Part shown: positions 20,791 to 31,735 of the stretch, piece after piece
How positions within the stretch are numbered: the stretch's first letter is position 1
Layout: every line of letters begins with the position of its first letter
Source: Alphaproteobacteria bacterium
GTDB taxonomy: Bacteria; Pseudomonadota; Alphaproteobacteria; UBA7887
Direction: 5' to 3'
Assembly: GCA_965216755.1 (NCBI GenBank)
Contig: CBDCGL010000011.1
Coordinates: 1,984,001-2,048,000, forward strand
DNA length: 64,000 nucleotides
The notes under the pieces: model-generated
Databases searched by the model: none
What the model was told of the DNA's origin: nothing
Seen by the model: only the letters and a program-made list of their open reading frames with translations
Position numbers and translations under genes: made by a program

Positions 20791-22167
20791 TTGGCGCGTA
20801 AATCCAACAGTTTTGTTTGCCAGTCTTGCGGCGCGGTTCATGCGCGCTGGAGCGGTCGCTGCGACAATTGTAACGCTTGGAATACGATTGCCGAGGAAAG
20901 TCGCACAGGGCTTGTTGCGGGCGCAAATGGTAGCCGACTCGATCTGGTCGGTCTGCAAGGTCCCACCGCAGATGATGTCCGACTGGCGACCGGCATCGCG
21001 GAATTGGACCGCGTCTTCGGCAATGGGATGGTTGCCGGCGGCGCCACCCTGATCAGCGGCGATCCCGGGATTGGCAAATCCACCCTGTTGATCCAGGCCG
21101 CCGCCGCTTTGGCCGCTCAAGGCGCGACGTGCGCCTATGTTTCAGGCGAGGAGTCGACAGAACAAGTCCGCTTGCGCGCCAAACGGCTCGGTTTAGCCGA
21201 ATGCCCGGTTCGCCTCGCGGCATCGACCAGCGTCCGAGACATCATCACCACATTCGACAGCGCCAACGGTACCCAGGTGTTGATCGTCGATTCGATCCAG
21301 ACAATGTTTAGCGACAACCTCGATTCCGCGCCCGGCACCGTCGCGCAAGTCCGCACCGCGGCACAGGTTTTGATCAGCCTTGCGAAACAACGTGGCATTG
21401 CCGTTGTTCTGGTTGGCCATGTCACCAAGGAAGGGCAGATCGCCGGCCCGCGCATGCTCGAACATATGGTCGACACGGTTCTATATTTTGAAGGCGATGT
21501 GAGCCATCAGTTTCGCATTCTGCGTGCCGTCAAAAACCGATTTGGGGCAACCGACGAAATCGGCGTCTTCGCGATGACGACCAGCGGCTTGGAGGAAGTC
21601 GGCAACCCATCGGCGCTGTTCCTTGGCGAACGCAGTCAACCGATGAGCGGGGCGGCAGTCTTCGCGGGCATGGAAGGCACCAGGCCGGTATTGGTCGAAA
21701 TCGAGGCGTTGGTCGCGCCGTCACCCTTTGGGACCCCGCGGCGAACGGTGGTGGGCTGGGACAACGCCCGCTTGGCCATGATATTGGCGGTTCTGGACGC
21801 CCGCTGCGGCCTTGGTTTGGGGGGCAAGGATATCTTCCTCAATGTTGCGGGCGGTCTCAAATTGCGCGAGCCCGCCGCCGACTTGGCGGTCGCGGCCGCC
21901 CTCATCTCCTCGTTCGCCGACCGCCCGGTACCCGACCGATCCGTGGTCTTCGGCGAGGTCGGACTGTCAGGCGAGATACGCACGGTGCCACATACCGAGG
22001 CCCGTTTGCGCGAGGCTGAGAAATTGGGGTTCAGCCAAGCCTTGGTTGCGCCGATGCGGACCCGCACTCGCAGCCCGATCAGCGTTGTTGAAATGCCGCG
22101 ATTGCAATCATTGATCGAGTTCATGATTGACGATACCACCAGCGCGGCGCAAGACGCCGCCGAATAG
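20791..22167 (+). CDS. radA: DNA repair protein RadA/Sms
   Basis: C4 zinc finger, GDPGIGKSTL, KNRFG, Lon-like C-terminus. Confidence 0.97.
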   Translation: MARKSNSFVCQSCGAVHARWSGRCDNCNAWNTIAEESRTGLVAGANGSRLDLVGLQGPTADDVRLATGIAELDRVFGNGMVAGGATLISGDPGIGKSTLLIQAAAALAAQGATCAYVSGEESTEQVRLRAKRLGLAECPVRLAASTSVRDIITTFDSANGTQVLIVDSIQTMFSDNLDSAPGTVAQVRTAAQVLISLAKQRGIAVVLVGHVTKEGQIAGPRMLEHMVDTVLYFEGDVSHQFRILRAVKNRFGATDEIGVFAMTTSGLEEVGNPSALFLGERSQPMSGAAVFAGMEGTRPVLVEIEALVAPSPFGTPRRTVVGWDNARLAMILAVLDARCGLGLGGKDIFLNVAGGLKLREPAADLAVAAALISSFADRPVPDRSVVFGEVGLSGEIRTVPHTEARLREAEKLGFSQALVAPMRTRTRSPISVVEMPRLQSLIEFMIDDTTSAAQDAAE

Positions 22168-22195
22168 CTAGCCAACAGATCCGCGAGGACCATCA

Positions 22196-22906
22196 ATGGA
22201 CTCATTCCCCATCAACATATTGGATCTTGTTGTCGGCCTGATTGTCTTGCTGTCGGCCCTGTTTGCGGCTTACAGAGGATTTGTCCGCGAGGTGCTAGCG
22301 ATTGCCGGGTGGGTGGGCGCCGCTGCGGTGACGATTTGGCTGTTCCCTTATGGCCGCCCATATGCCAGCGAATTCATCCCGACAGAGCAGCTCGCGGATC
22401 TTGCCACCGGCGCGGTCATTTTTGTCGCGGCGCTAATCGTGTTTTGGATCCTCACCCGAATGATCGTCTCGTTGGTCAAAGACAGTGCGCTCAACGCACT
22501 TGATCGTTCGTTGGGCTTTTTGTTCGGCATCGCCCGCGGCATGGTTTTGTTGGCACTGATTTACATGATCGCGGCGCGCGCCTTGTGGCAGGACGGCGAG
22601 ATCCCGGTCTGGGCGGCCGAGGCTCGGACATTGCCGATCATCCAGCAGACTTCGGAGTTGATTGTCTCGGTCGTACCTGCCGATATGGTCGGATTTGCTG
22701 ATGATGCGGCCGAGAATATTGATAAAGGCGCGGATAGCCTTAAGACCATAGAAGAGCGGCTGGAGACAATGCGGCGCATGGCCGAACCCCCGGTCGCACC
22801 AACAGATGGCGAAAATACCCAAACAGGGTATAAAGAGGCTGACCAAAGGGCGATGGATCGGCTGCAAGAAACGATCCGTGACCTTACGTCGGAAAAGGAT
22901 CAATAG
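22196..22906 (+). CDS. cvpA: CvpA family membrane protein
   Basis: RGFVREVL, DRSLGFLFGIARG; precedes purF. Confidence 0.9.
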   Translation: MDSFPINILDLVVGLIVLLSALFAAYRGFVREVLAIAGWVGAAAVTIWLFPYGRPYASEFIPTEQLADLATGAVIFVAALIVFWILTRMIVSLVKDSALNALDRSLGFLFGIARGMVLLALIYMIAARALWQDGEIPVWAAEARTLPIIQQTSELIVSVVPADMVGFADDAAENIDKGADSLKTIEERLETMRRMAEPPVAPTDGENTQTGYKEADQRAMDRLQETIRDLTSEKDQ

Positions 22907-22922
22907 CCGGGTAGCGTCAAAC

Positions 22923-24374
22923 GTGCGGGTAACGACCACCCCATTTAACGGCGATAAGCTGCACGAAGAATGCGGTATATTTGGCCTTTTCGGCCATGAT
23001 GATGCCGCTGCTCACACGGTTCTGGGTCTGCACGCCCTGCAGCATCGTGGCCAAGAAGCGGCCGGGATCGTGACCTATGATGGCTTGCATTTCCATACCC
23101 ATCGCAGCCTTGGGCTTGTGGGCGATAGCTTCAATACCGAGTCCGTAATCAGCCGTCTACGCGGCCATGCCGCGATTGGCCATGTGCGCTATTCGACCAC
23201 AGGCGAGACCTTATTGCGCAATGTACAACCTATTTTCGCGGATCTGGCCGGCGGTGGACTAGCGGTTGCGCACAATGGCAACTTGACCAACGCGCGCGTT
23301 TTACGCCGCGAGCTGGAGAGTCGCGGATCTATCTTTCAATCGACGATGGACACCGAAGTTCTGGTCCATTTGATCGCGACGGCCCGTCGTACCGGAATCG
23401 TCGAGCGGCTGGTTGACACCCTGTTTCACGTCCGCGGCGCCTATTCACTCATCATGTTGACCAATGACAAACTGATCGGGGCGCGCGACCCCTATGGGGT
23501 GCGACCGTTGGTGTTGGGCCGGATGGACAACGGCCACATCCTGACATCTGAGACCTGTGCGCTCGACATTATCGGCGCTGATTTTGTGCGCGATGTGGCC
23601 CCCGGCGAAATAGTCGTGATCGACCGTCATGGGATGCGAACTTTGCAACCGTTCGCACCGGCACCATCGCGATTCTGCATCTTTGAATACATCTACTTCT
23701 CCCGACCCGACAGCGTCGTCGAAGGCACAAGCATCTATGACGCCCGCAAACGCATTGGTGAAGAGTTGGCGCGCGAGAGCGGCGTCGTCGCCGACGTGGT
23801 CGTACCCGTGCCCGATTCCGGTGTTCCGGCCGCGATCGGTTATGCCGAGGAAGCCGGCCTGCCGTTCGACCTCGGCATAATTCGAAATCACTATGTGGGC
23901 CGGACTTTTATCGAGCCGACGGACAATATCCGTCATCTTGGCGTCAAGTTGAAACACAACGCCAATCGGACGATGCTGGCGGGCAAACGCGTGATATTGG
24001 TCGACGACTCGATCGTGCGCGGCACAACGTCGATCAAAATCGTTGAGATGGTGCGCGCCGCTGGCGCAACCGAAGTTCATATGCGAATTGCAAGCCCACC
24101 AACAACCCATTCTTGCTTCTACGGTGTTGACACGCCAAAGCGCGAACACCTTCTGGCATCACAGAAGGATGTTGCTGAGATGGCGCGCCATATCGGTGTC
24201 GACAGCCTGTGCTTCTTGTCGATCGATGGGCTGTACCGGGCCATGGGTCACGAACAGCGCAATGCGCAGGTCCCGCAATATTGCGATGCCTGTTTCACCG
24301 GCACATATCCCATCGATTTGGTCGACGAAAGTGACGGTGACCCGGCCCAACTTTCGCTACTGGCCAGCATCTGA
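22923..24374 (+). CDS. purF: Amidophosphoribosyltransferase (start uncertain)
   Basis: EECGIFG, LQHRGQE, GHVRYST, DDSIVRGTT. Confidence 0.97.
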   Translation: MRVTTTPFNGDKLHEECGIFGLFGHDDAAAHTVLGLHALQHRGQEAAGIVTYDGLHFHTHRSLGLVGDSFNTESVISRLRGHAAIGHVRYSTTGETLLRNVQPIFADLAGGGLAVAHNGNLTNARVLRRELESRGSIFQSTMDTEVLVHLIATARRTGIVERLVDTLFHVRGAYSLIMLTNDKLIGARDPYGVRPLVLGRMDNGHILTSETCALDIIGADFVRDVAPGEIVVIDRHGMRTLQPFAPAPSRFCIFEYIYFSRPDSVVEGTSIYDARKRIGEELARESGVVADVVVPVPDSGVPAAIGYAEEAGLPFDLGIIRNHYVGRTFIEPTDNIRHLGVKLKHNANRTMLAGKRVILVDDSIVRGTTSIKIVEMVRAAGATEVHMRIASPPTTHSCFYGVDTPKREHLLASQKDVAEMARHIGVDSLCFLSIDGLYRAMGHEQRNAQVPQYCDACFTGTYPIDLVDESDGDPAQLSLLASI

Positions 24375-24379
24375 CATAG

Positions 24380-25099
24380 ATGGTCGAAATGGGAAGATTG
24401 TCGGGTCGGGTGGCCCTGGTGACAGGGGCCTCGCGCGGGATCGGCGCGGCTGTGGCCAGACGTTTTGCAGCCGAAGCTGCCCATGTTATCGCCGTCGCCC
24501 GCCACGCGGATCAACTGGAATCGCTCGACGATCAGATCCGCGGCCATGGTGGTACCGCAACTCTGGTACCGCTTGATCTCACCGATGGCCCGGCGATCGA
24601 CCGCTTGGGCGGCACGCTATACGAGCGCTTCGGCCGCCTTGACATATTGGTCGGCAATGCCGCCGTTCTGGGCCAGTTGACTCCCCTGAGTCACGCGAAA
24701 CCTCAAGACTGGACGCGCGTCATCGATGTCAATTTGACCGCCAATTGGCGGCTCATCCGCAGTTTTGACAGCTTGCTGCGCGCCGCGCCCGCGGGCCGCG
24801 CCATATTTGTCACGTCTGGCGTGACACGCGGTCGGTTCCCCTATTGGGGTCCATATGCAGTATCCAAATCCGGTCTCGAGAAGTTGGTACTAACCTACGC
24901 CGCTGAAGTCGCCAAGTCCGCGGTGCGCGTCAACTTGATTGATCCCGGCGCCGTGCGCACACAAATGCGCGCCAAAGCCATGCCCGGCGAAGATCCCATG
25001 TCGTTGCCGGCGCCGGACGAAATCACCGAAACATTTGTCCTATTGGCCGAATCTGGCTGCCAACACCATGGTGAGGTGATCAAAGCGGCGCGGCTGTAA
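24380..25099 (+). CDS. SDR family oxidoreductase (YciK-like)
   Basis: TGASRGIG, YAVSK, PGAVRTQMRAKAMPGED. Confidence 0.88.
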   Translation: MVEMGRLSGRVALVTGASRGIGAAVARRFAAEAAHVIAVARHADQLESLDDQIRGHGGTATLVPLDLTDGPAIDRLGGTLYERFGRLDILVGNAAVLGQLTPLSHAKPQDWTRVIDVNLTANWRLIRSFDSLLRAAPAGRAIFVTSGVTRGRFPYWGPYAVSKSGLEKLVLTYAAEVAKSAVRVNLIDPGAVRTQMRAKAMPGEDPMSLPAPDEITETFVLLAESGCQHHGEVIKAARL

Positions 25100-25111
25100 T
25101 GCTTGGTCCGC

Positions 25112-26473
25112 TTATTTTTTGGGGGCGTACGGGTTGTCGCCCGATCGAAACAGTAGCCGAATTGGCGTACCCGGCATGCCAAAGTCCTCGCGCAAACCGT
25201 TCACCAAATATCTTCTATAAGAATCAGGTATATCTTTCGCTTTATTGACAAAGATCTTGAATGTCGGGGGGCGTGCGCCTGTTTGCGTTATGTAGCGCAT
25301 CTTGATGCGCCGGCCTTTGATTATCGGTGGTGGATGGTACGCCAGAATATCAGCCAACCATTGGTTCAAGCGCGCCGTGGGCACGCGCATATTCCAAATC
25401 CCATGGGCCTCAAAGGCCGCCTCGATCAGGTCCGTCACGCCATCACCCGTTCGCGCCGACAACGCGACAACGGATACCCCCCGTGCTTGCGGCAGAGAAC
25501 GACGCAGAACCTCCGCCGCTTCCTTTCGGGCGAAGACAGGATCTTGCACCTTGTCCCATTTGTTCAAACCAATCACGAGCGCGCGCCCCTCCTCGATCAC
25601 CCGTGCCGCGATCGTAAGATCCTGGCGTTCGATGGCCGCAGTCGCGTCGACAATGAGAAGAGCGACATGGGTTGCGCGGACTGCGCGCAACGCATCTTGG
25701 GTCGACAAGCGTTCAACGCGCTCTGTTACACGCGATTTGCGCCGCAGCCCGGCCGTGTCGATCAACTCCATTGGGCGGTCGTTGAAATGCCATGCTATGG
25801 CGATGGCATCACGGGTCACGCCAGGTTCAGGACCGGTCAAGACGCGCTGGTCGCCCAGGAGCCTGTTGATAAGGGTCGACTTCCCAGTGTTTGGCCGGCC
25901 AACGACCGTTAGCCGGAGCGGTCCCGCGCCGTCGTCGCGATGGTCGGCATCAGCGACGGCCGGTTCCGTGGATTCGCTGAGAATTTCTGCGATCGCGTCG
26001 TAAAGATCACTCATCCCGTCGCCATGCTCAGCCGAGATGAGAACTGGCTCGCCAAGACCCAGGTCGTACGCTTCGACGGCGCCACTTTCTATGGCACGTC
26101 CTTCGACCTTGTTAACGACCAAAATCACGGGAAGCGACCCACGACGCACTTGTGCCGCTAACGCGCTATCCAGCGGAGTCACACCGGCGCGCCCGTCGAT
26201 CAAGAACAAGACCAGATCGGCACGCGTGATCGCGATCTGGGACTGTTCGACCATGCGCGCCTGCAGTGAATCTCCGCGGCTATCGTCCAGGCCAGCCGTG
26301 TCAATGGCCGTGAAGGTTAGCGGACCAAGCCGTGCCTCGCCCTGCTGCCAGTCGCGCGTGACCCCCGGCCGATCGTCAACCAGGGCGGCGCGGCCGCCGA
26401 CCAAGCGGTTGTAGAGCGTCGATTTGCCGACGTTGGGCCGGCCGACTATGGCAACTGTCTGAGTTGGCGGCAA
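25112..26473 (-). CDS. der: Ribosome biogenesis GTPase Der
   Basis: Two G domains (GRPNVGKS, GRPNTGKS, DTAG) and C-terminal KH-like domain. Confidence 0.97.
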   Translation of the reverse strand: MPPTQTVAIVGRPNVGKSTLYNRLVGGRAALVDDRPGVTRDWQQGEARLGPLTFTAIDTAGLDDSRGDSLQARMVEQSQIAITRADLVLFLIDGRAGVTPLDSALAAQVRRGSLPVILVVNKVEGRAIESGAVEAYDLGLGEPVLISAEHGDGMSDLYDAIAEILSESTEPAVADADHRDDGAGPLRLTVVGRPNTGKSTLINRLLGDQRVLTGPEPGVTRDAIAIAWHFNDRPMELIDTAGLRRKSRVTERVERLSTQDALRAVRATHVALLIVDATAAIERQDLTIAARVIEEGRALVIGLNKWDKVQDPVFARKEAAEVLRRSLPQARGVSVVALSARTGDGVTDLIEAAFEAHGIWNMRVPTARLNQWLADILAYHPPPIIKGRRIKMRYITQTGARPPTFKIFVNKAKDIPDSYRRYLVNGLREDFGMPGTPIRLLFRSGDNPYAPKK

Positions 26474-26493
26474 CTTCGTGCCCTATCGCGGAT

Positions 26494-27834
26494 CTATCGC
26501 AGCGCCACCAGATCCGCATCGACCGTATACACATAGACCGTGCCGCCGGCGACGACCGGCGGCACGCGCGCCCCATCCGGCAATTCCTCCTCTGCCAGCG
26601 TCTCGCCCGAATACGGCGATATGGCCCAGATGTCGCCCAAATTGCTGACCACAATCAGGCGATCGCCAACCAGGACGGGACCACTCCAGATGATCACGCC
26701 ACGTCGGTCATCGGGATCTTCGAACTGCGGCAATGCGCGCACCCATTTTATCCGACCGTCGGCGCGCCGCAGACAAGCAAGATCGTTGTCTGCAGTCACC
26801 ACGAACAAATAACTGCCGGCCAACCAAGGTGTCTGGACGCCGCCGATCTCCTGATCCCAGAGGCGCGCACCGGAGCGCAAATCATACGCAACCAACCGGC
26901 CACTCTGGCTGGTGACATAGGCTTTGTCTGCGTCGATGACGGGGCTACCGTCAACATCGCTCAGTTTTGTGCTCGCGCCCACACGCCCTTGAAAGATTAA
27001 GGAATCACTCCAGGCAACCCGGCCATTCTCGACCCGCAGCGCAAAGACTTCGCCTGAGGAATATGGGGCAATCACCAAATCGCCCGAAACCGCCGGTGCC
27101 CCGGCACCCAGCAAGCCGGCAGTTTCCGTGATGCCGCTATGTGTCCACAAGGTTTCGCCGGTTGACGCGTTGAGGGCGTGAAGCTGGTTGTCGTAGCTCA
27201 CGGCGAATACGCGACCGCCGGCCACTGTCGGGGCGCCACGGATAGGGACGCCGATGTTTGCAGTCCAGATCCGATCACCGCTCGCCGCATTGAGAGCCAC
27301 GATGTCGCCGAATGCGCTGGTGGCAAAAACAAAGCCCTGATCATAAGCGACACCGCCACCCAAACTGGCGCTGTCGTCTTCACTATCCGGCAACAGCTCC
27401 ACCGACCACATCATCGATCGATCGACCAGATCCAAAGCCAGAATTGTGCTTTCCGAATCCAGCGTATAGGCAACGCCGCCGGCAACCACGGGCGTGTTGA
27501 GGATGAGGTTGTCCGCGTTCTCGCCGACGCCAAAACCGTAACGCCAATCGACGCTCAATGTCACGCCGCCGTCCAGATGTTGCATCACATGGTTGGCCTG
27601 TCCGCCAACTTGAGGCCATGCTTCATTGACGACAGGCGCCGGCAGGCTGACCGATTCACTATCTAACGTCGGATCCGGAACCAATTCGCGCTCGAGCACT
27701 AAGACAGAGACCCGCTCGCCCGGCAAAGGCGGCTCCGTATCTCCGCGGCCAATCCAGTCGGACCCGCACGCCCCCAGCATCAATGTACTCAAGCCAAATA
27801 TGCAAACGTGTCCTAATACAAATCGCTCAAGCAT
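26494..27834 (-). CDS. bamB: BamB-like PQQ-repeat beta-propeller lipoprotein
   Basis: Lipobox LGAC, repeated A.D..TG...W units; yfgM-bamB-der synteny. Confidence 0.82.
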   Translation of the reverse strand: MLERFVLGHVCIFGLSTLMLGACGSDWIGRGDTEPPLPGERVSVLVLERELVPDPTLDSESVSLPAPVVNEAWPQVGGQANHVMQHLDGGVTLSVDWRYGFGVGENADNLILNTPVVAGGVAYTLDSESTILALDLVDRSMMWSVELLPDSEDDSASLGGGVAYDQGFVFATSAFGDIVALNAASGDRIWTANIGVPIRGAPTVAGGRVFAVSYDNQLHALNASTGETLWTHSGITETAGLLGAGAPAVSGDLVIAPYSSGEVFALRVENGRVAWSDSLIFQGRVGASTKLSDVDGSPVIDADKAYVTSQSGRLVAYDLRSGARLWDQEIGGVQTPWLAGSYLFVVTADNDLACLRRADGRIKWVRALPQFEDPDDRRGVIIWSGPVLVGDRLIVVSNLGDIWAISPYSGETLAEEELPDGARVPPVVAGGTVYVYTVDADLVALR

Positions 27835-28480
27835 CGCTATTGCCGATCACTGCAAGTACCTCGTCTACCCGACCACGAACCCCCGCCGGGGCGCTCACAT
27901 CCTCGGCGAGCGGCCTCAAAATGTCGAGCGCATCGCTGGTCTTGCCGCTGTTGAGCAACCATAGACCGCGCATCTCCTGGGCCAAATGGCGCAAAGCCCC
28001 GCTACCTTCCGCGAGGCGGATCAGTTCGGCGTCGGGCGGCCCACTGGCGCCAGTGTCCAGTTCGTGCATCGCTGCCAGCAACACCGCGATCTCGCGAAAG
28101 GTCTGTGGCGCATCTGGCGCCTGAGACAATTCCCTGTATGCCGCAATTGCGCCTGCCCGGTCACCTGTCGCACTCAATAGCCGGGCTTCCTGCAGCTTTG
28201 CCAATGCGCTGTAACCAACCCCGGACTCGGTCGCCGCCGCCGCGAAAGCCGCGACCGCCGCATCCGGGCGGTCTTGGTTGACGAGCTCTTGAGCGGCGAA
28301 GTAGCGCCGCGCATCGGCCAATTGTTGTTGAGCCTTGTAGTGTCCCCAGGCGACCCAACCACCTGTGCCAACAACCACGAGAACCAAACCGGCAATCAAA
28401 TATCGACCATACGCGCGCCACAACGCCATATAGCGGTCTTGGCGTACGTCATCGTCGACCTCTTGGAAGATATCAGCCAA
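27827..28480 (-). CDS. YfgM-like TPR membrane protein
   Basis: MADIFQEVDDDVRQD, one TM helix, helical repeats; synteny. Confidence 0.85.
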   Translation of the reverse strand: MADIFQEVDDDVRQDRYMALWRAYGRYLIAGLVLVVVGTGGWVAWGHYKAQQQLADARRYFAAQELVNQDRPDAAVAAFAAAATESGVGYSALAKLQEARLLSATGDRAGAIAAYRELSQAPDAPQTFREIAVLLAAMHELDTGASGPPDAELIRLAEGSGALRHLAQEMRGLWLLNSGKTSDALDILRPLAEDVSAPAGVRGRVDEVLAVIGNSDA

Positions 28481-28620
28481 ACGCGGTCCCCAATCTTTTC
28501 TTAGCGACTAGCCTGAATCAGGCACGCTCATATTACAGCTATTTGACCGTCTCGCGCATGTAGCGGAAAATCAGCCACCGGCGCAAGCGTCAGACATGAA
28601 TGATAACAGGGTTACGGAAC

Positions 28621-28953
28621 ATGGGTGGGGTCGTACAGTTTGATGAGCTTCGGCATCGGCGCCGGATCGTCTATTTCAGCCGATCAGACATGAACCAGCT
28701 CCTAGGCCTGTTTAGCCGCCGCGTCCAAAGCCAGCAGTGGCTCGATTACAGCATCGACAATCGACCCGGTTCGGCCGTGTTTTGTGTTTATCGACGGGCC
28801 TGGGACGCCCCGCTCTACCGGATTTATAAGTTCGCTCCAGGCACCTACCCGGGCGGTGACTATATGGTCATGCGCGGCATTCGGCAGCTCGCCCACGACC
28901 ATAGATTGCATGGCGTTCTCGGCATCTTTCGACCAGCCCTGAAAATTGTGTGA
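28621..28953 (+). CDS. DUF2794 domain protein
   Basis: W.DYSID....AVF.VYRR....PLYRI.K pattern. Confidence 0.7.
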   Translation: MGGVVQFDELRHRRRIVYFSRSDMNQLLGLFSRRVQSQQWLDYSIDNRPGSAVFCVYRRAWDAPLYRIYKFAPGTYPGGDYMVMRGIRQLAHDHRLHGVLGIFRPALKIV

Positions 28954-29194
28954 ACGATCACATTTCGTGTCGTTTTTTCGCCATCCATCACACCTAAATT
29001 TACCGCAATTCCGCATGATTCCGCCATATTCGTGGCATCCGCGCAACGGACGCGATGATGGCCCGGTCAAGATCCATTTGGACCATTGATTCGAGCCACA
29101 CCCGTCCAATATCGATTGGGCAGGCCGCCGGGAGGGGAGTGGCTCGACGCCTGAGACGGATTGTGTACTGGACAGTCAGAATGGCCCCGATGCG

Positions 29195-29377
29195 ATGTAC
29201 TATGTAATTGGCGGTGAATATACCGACACGGCGTTTGCAACCCTCATCCCCGGCACCGAAGAATGCCACGGCCCCATGTCGATCAACGAGGCTCTGGCCC
29301 TATGGAAAGGCCTTTCCATGCATGCGATCGACAACTGCATGGTGCGCTATACGATCGAGCAGACGCCCAGCCACTAG
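29195..29377 (+). CDS. DUF4170 domain small protein
   Basis: YYVIGGEYTDT.F......E..GP......W..LS...ID...VRY.I pattern. Confidence 0.7.
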   Translation: MYYVIGGEYTDTAFATLIPGTEECHGPMSINEALALWKGLSMHAIDNCMVRYTIEQTPSH

Positions 29378-29592
29378 AAATAGAATCCATTGACCTGGCC
29401 TGGGCCGGACGTCAGGCGTCCGGCCCGCGCTGCCAGTTCCGCAGTAATGGCGCACTTTGCGTCACAACATCCACTGACATGACCACATCGACATGGCAGA
29501 CTGCTGTGTTGGTGTCTGAAACGATCAAACACCTTCAGACCTCGCGATCGCTCGTCTGACCACCCCTGACACGTCGGCGCCGCGATAAATGG

Positions 29593-30111
29593 ATGAAGAA
29601 CAGCATCGGTCCGATGGTTACGATCCGGCGGCTTCAGCTCAAAGACGTGTCACAAAACTATGTGGCCTGGCTGAATGACGACGATGTTGTCAAATACACC
29701 GAACAAAGATGGCGGAAACACACCATCGACGATGTGCGCGACTATGTCTCACGCACGTTGAGCTCCGACACGGAATTTCTCTACGGAATATTTGTCGACG
29801 GCGAACATGTCGGAAACATCAAACTCGGGGCGGTGAGCCGGCATCACAAGACAGCTTGGATAAGCTTCCTCATCGGCAACAAGGCTTTTTGGGGCCATGG
29901 AGTCGCGACCGCCGCAATCGCGGCGTTGATCAAGATCGCGTTTACTGAGTTTGATTTGGAGAAGCTGTCCGCCGGCACGTATGCAAACAACACGGCCTCG
30001 GAGATCGCCCTAAAGCGAAACGGTTTCAAGCTGGAGGCCGTGCGCGAAAAGCAATACGTCTTCGATGGTGAGAGGATCGATGCGCGACTGTTCGGACTGT
30101 TGCGCGACTAA
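29593..30111 (+). CDS. GNAT (RimJ/RimL-type) N-acetyltransferase
   Basis: Y..WLND..V, HVGNIKL, IGNKAFWGHGVAT, N.AS......GF.LE. Confidence 0.85.
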   Translation: MKNSIGPMVTIRRLQLKDVSQNYVAWLNDDDVVKYTEQRWRKHTIDDVRDYVSRTLSSDTEFLYGIFVDGEHVGNIKLGAVSRHHKTAWISFLIGNKAFWGHGVATAAIAALIKIAFTEFDLEKLSAGTYANNTASEIALKRNGFKLEAVREKQYVFDGERIDARLFGLLRD

Positions 30112-30151
30112 TCTTTTCACGGTTTTTGCGGCAAGACCGCATTCACGATCA

Positions 30152-31699
30152 TCACTCCCACTCAATCGTACCGGGTGGTTTCGAGGTGATGTCGTACACG
30201 ACCCGATTGATGCCGCGGACTTCGTTGGTGATGCGGTTAGAAATCCGATTCAGCAGTGCCGTCGGGAATGGATAGACATCGGCGGTCATGCCGTCCGACG
30301 ACGTCACCGCACGCAAAGCGCAAACATGATCGTAGGACCGACTGTCACCCATGACACCGACAGATTTGACCGGTAACAAGACGGCAAACGCCTGCCAAAT
30401 GGCATCATAAAGGCCGGCCGTGCGAATCTCTTCGATATAGATCGCGTCCGCCTGCCTTAAGATCCGAAGCTTGTCTTGGGTCACCGCGCCAGGAATGCGA
30501 ATCGCCAAGCCTGGCCCGGGAAACGGATGCCGCCCGACCATGTCGTCCGGTAAACCCAACGTCCGCCCCAAAGCCCGAACCTCGTCCTTGAATAGCATGC
30601 GCAGCGGTTCAACAAGGTCCATGCGCATTCGTTCCGGCAAGCCGCCGACATTGTGATGGGATTTGATCGTGACGCTAGGCCCACCGGTCGGCGCGACCGA
30701 CTCGATCACATCAGGATACAGCGTGCCCTGAGCCAGAAATTCGGCGCCGCCCGCGCTGATCGCTTCTTCCTCGAATATGTCTATGAACGTCGCGCCGATG
30801 ATCTTGCGCTTCCGCTCCGGATCGGTCGTGCCTTCCAACCGTCCCAAAAATTGTTCCGACGCATCCCGGTGCACCAACCGAATGTTAAAACGGTCGCGAA
30901 AAACGGACACCACTTGCGCCGCCTCGCCTCCGCGCAGCAGACCATGGTCGACAAAGACACAGGTCAATTGATCGCCGATCGCCTCATGCAAAAGTGCCGC
31001 CGTCACGGATGAGTCAACGCCACCGGAAAGCCCACAAATAACGCGACCCTGACCAACTTGTTCCCGGACCCGCGCGATCGCCGCATCACGAAACGAGTCC
31101 ATCGTCCAGTCGCCGGCGCATCCCGCCACATTTCGGGTGAAGTTGCGCAGCAGCGCCGCGCCATGCGGCGTGTGAACAACTTCCGGATGAAACTGCAGCC
31201 CATAGCAGTGCCGTTCATCATCGGCGATAGCCGCAAAGGGCGCATGATCGGTCCGCGCCACCGCGCGAAACCCCGGCGGCAACGACGTGACCCGATCGCC
31301 GTGACTCATCCATACCTGTTCGCGCGTTCCCTGTTCCCACACGCCGTGAAAAAGATCGCAATCGTCGACCACATCAATTGTTGCGCGGCCAAATTCACGG
31401 TGGTCCGCCGTTTCCACAGCACCACCAAGCTGAACGCACATGGCCTGCTGGCCATAACATATACCGAGCACCGGTACGCCGGCGGCAAACGCTTGATCTG
31501 GGGCCCGCGGCGCATCCCCTTCGGCGACCGACGCAGGTCCACCGGACAATATTATGGCACGTGGAGGCCGCTCGCCGATCGATGCCGCGGCGTGTTGATA
31601 GGGGATAATCTCCGAATAAACGCCGGCTTCGCGCACGCGGCGCGCGATCAGCTGCGTGACTTGGGATCCGAAATCGACGATCAGAACCCGGTCCGTCAT
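30152..31699 (-). CDS. guaA: GMP synthase (glutamine-hydrolysing)
   Basis: [40 protein letters not shown]. Confidence 0.98.
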   Translation of the reverse strand: MTDRVLIVDFGSQVTQLIARRVREAGVYSEIIPYQHAAASIGERPPRAIILSGGPASVAEGDAPRAPDQAFAAGVPVLGICYGQQAMCVQLGGAVETADHREFGRATIDVVDDCDLFHGVWEQGTREQVWMSHGDRVTSLPPGFRAVARTDHAPFAAIADDERHCYGLQFHPEVVHTPHGAALLRNFTRNVAGCAGDWTMDSFRDAAIARVREQVGQGRVICGLSGGVDSSVTAALLHEAIGDQLTCVFVDHGLLRGGEAAQVVSVFRDRFNIRLVHRDASEQFLGRLEGTTDPERKRKIIGATFIDIFEEEAISAGGAEFLAQGTLYPDVIESVAPTGGPSVTIKSHHNVGGLPERMRMDLVEPLRMLFKDEVRALGRTLGLPDDMVGRHPFPGPGLAIRIPGAVTQDKLRILRQADAIYIEEIRTAGLYDAIWQAFAVLLPVKSVGVMGDSRSYDHVCALRAVTSSDGMTADVYPFPTALLNRISNRITNEVRGINRVVYDITSKPPGTIEWE

Positions 31700-31735
31700 G
31701 GCGCCATACGGCCCGATCCGCCTGGCGCGTCCCGG

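Noticed and set aside
26494-27834. Second PQQ dehydrogenase
   Set aside because: Propeller repeats without catalytic motifs; lipobox and yfgM/der synteny indicate BamB.
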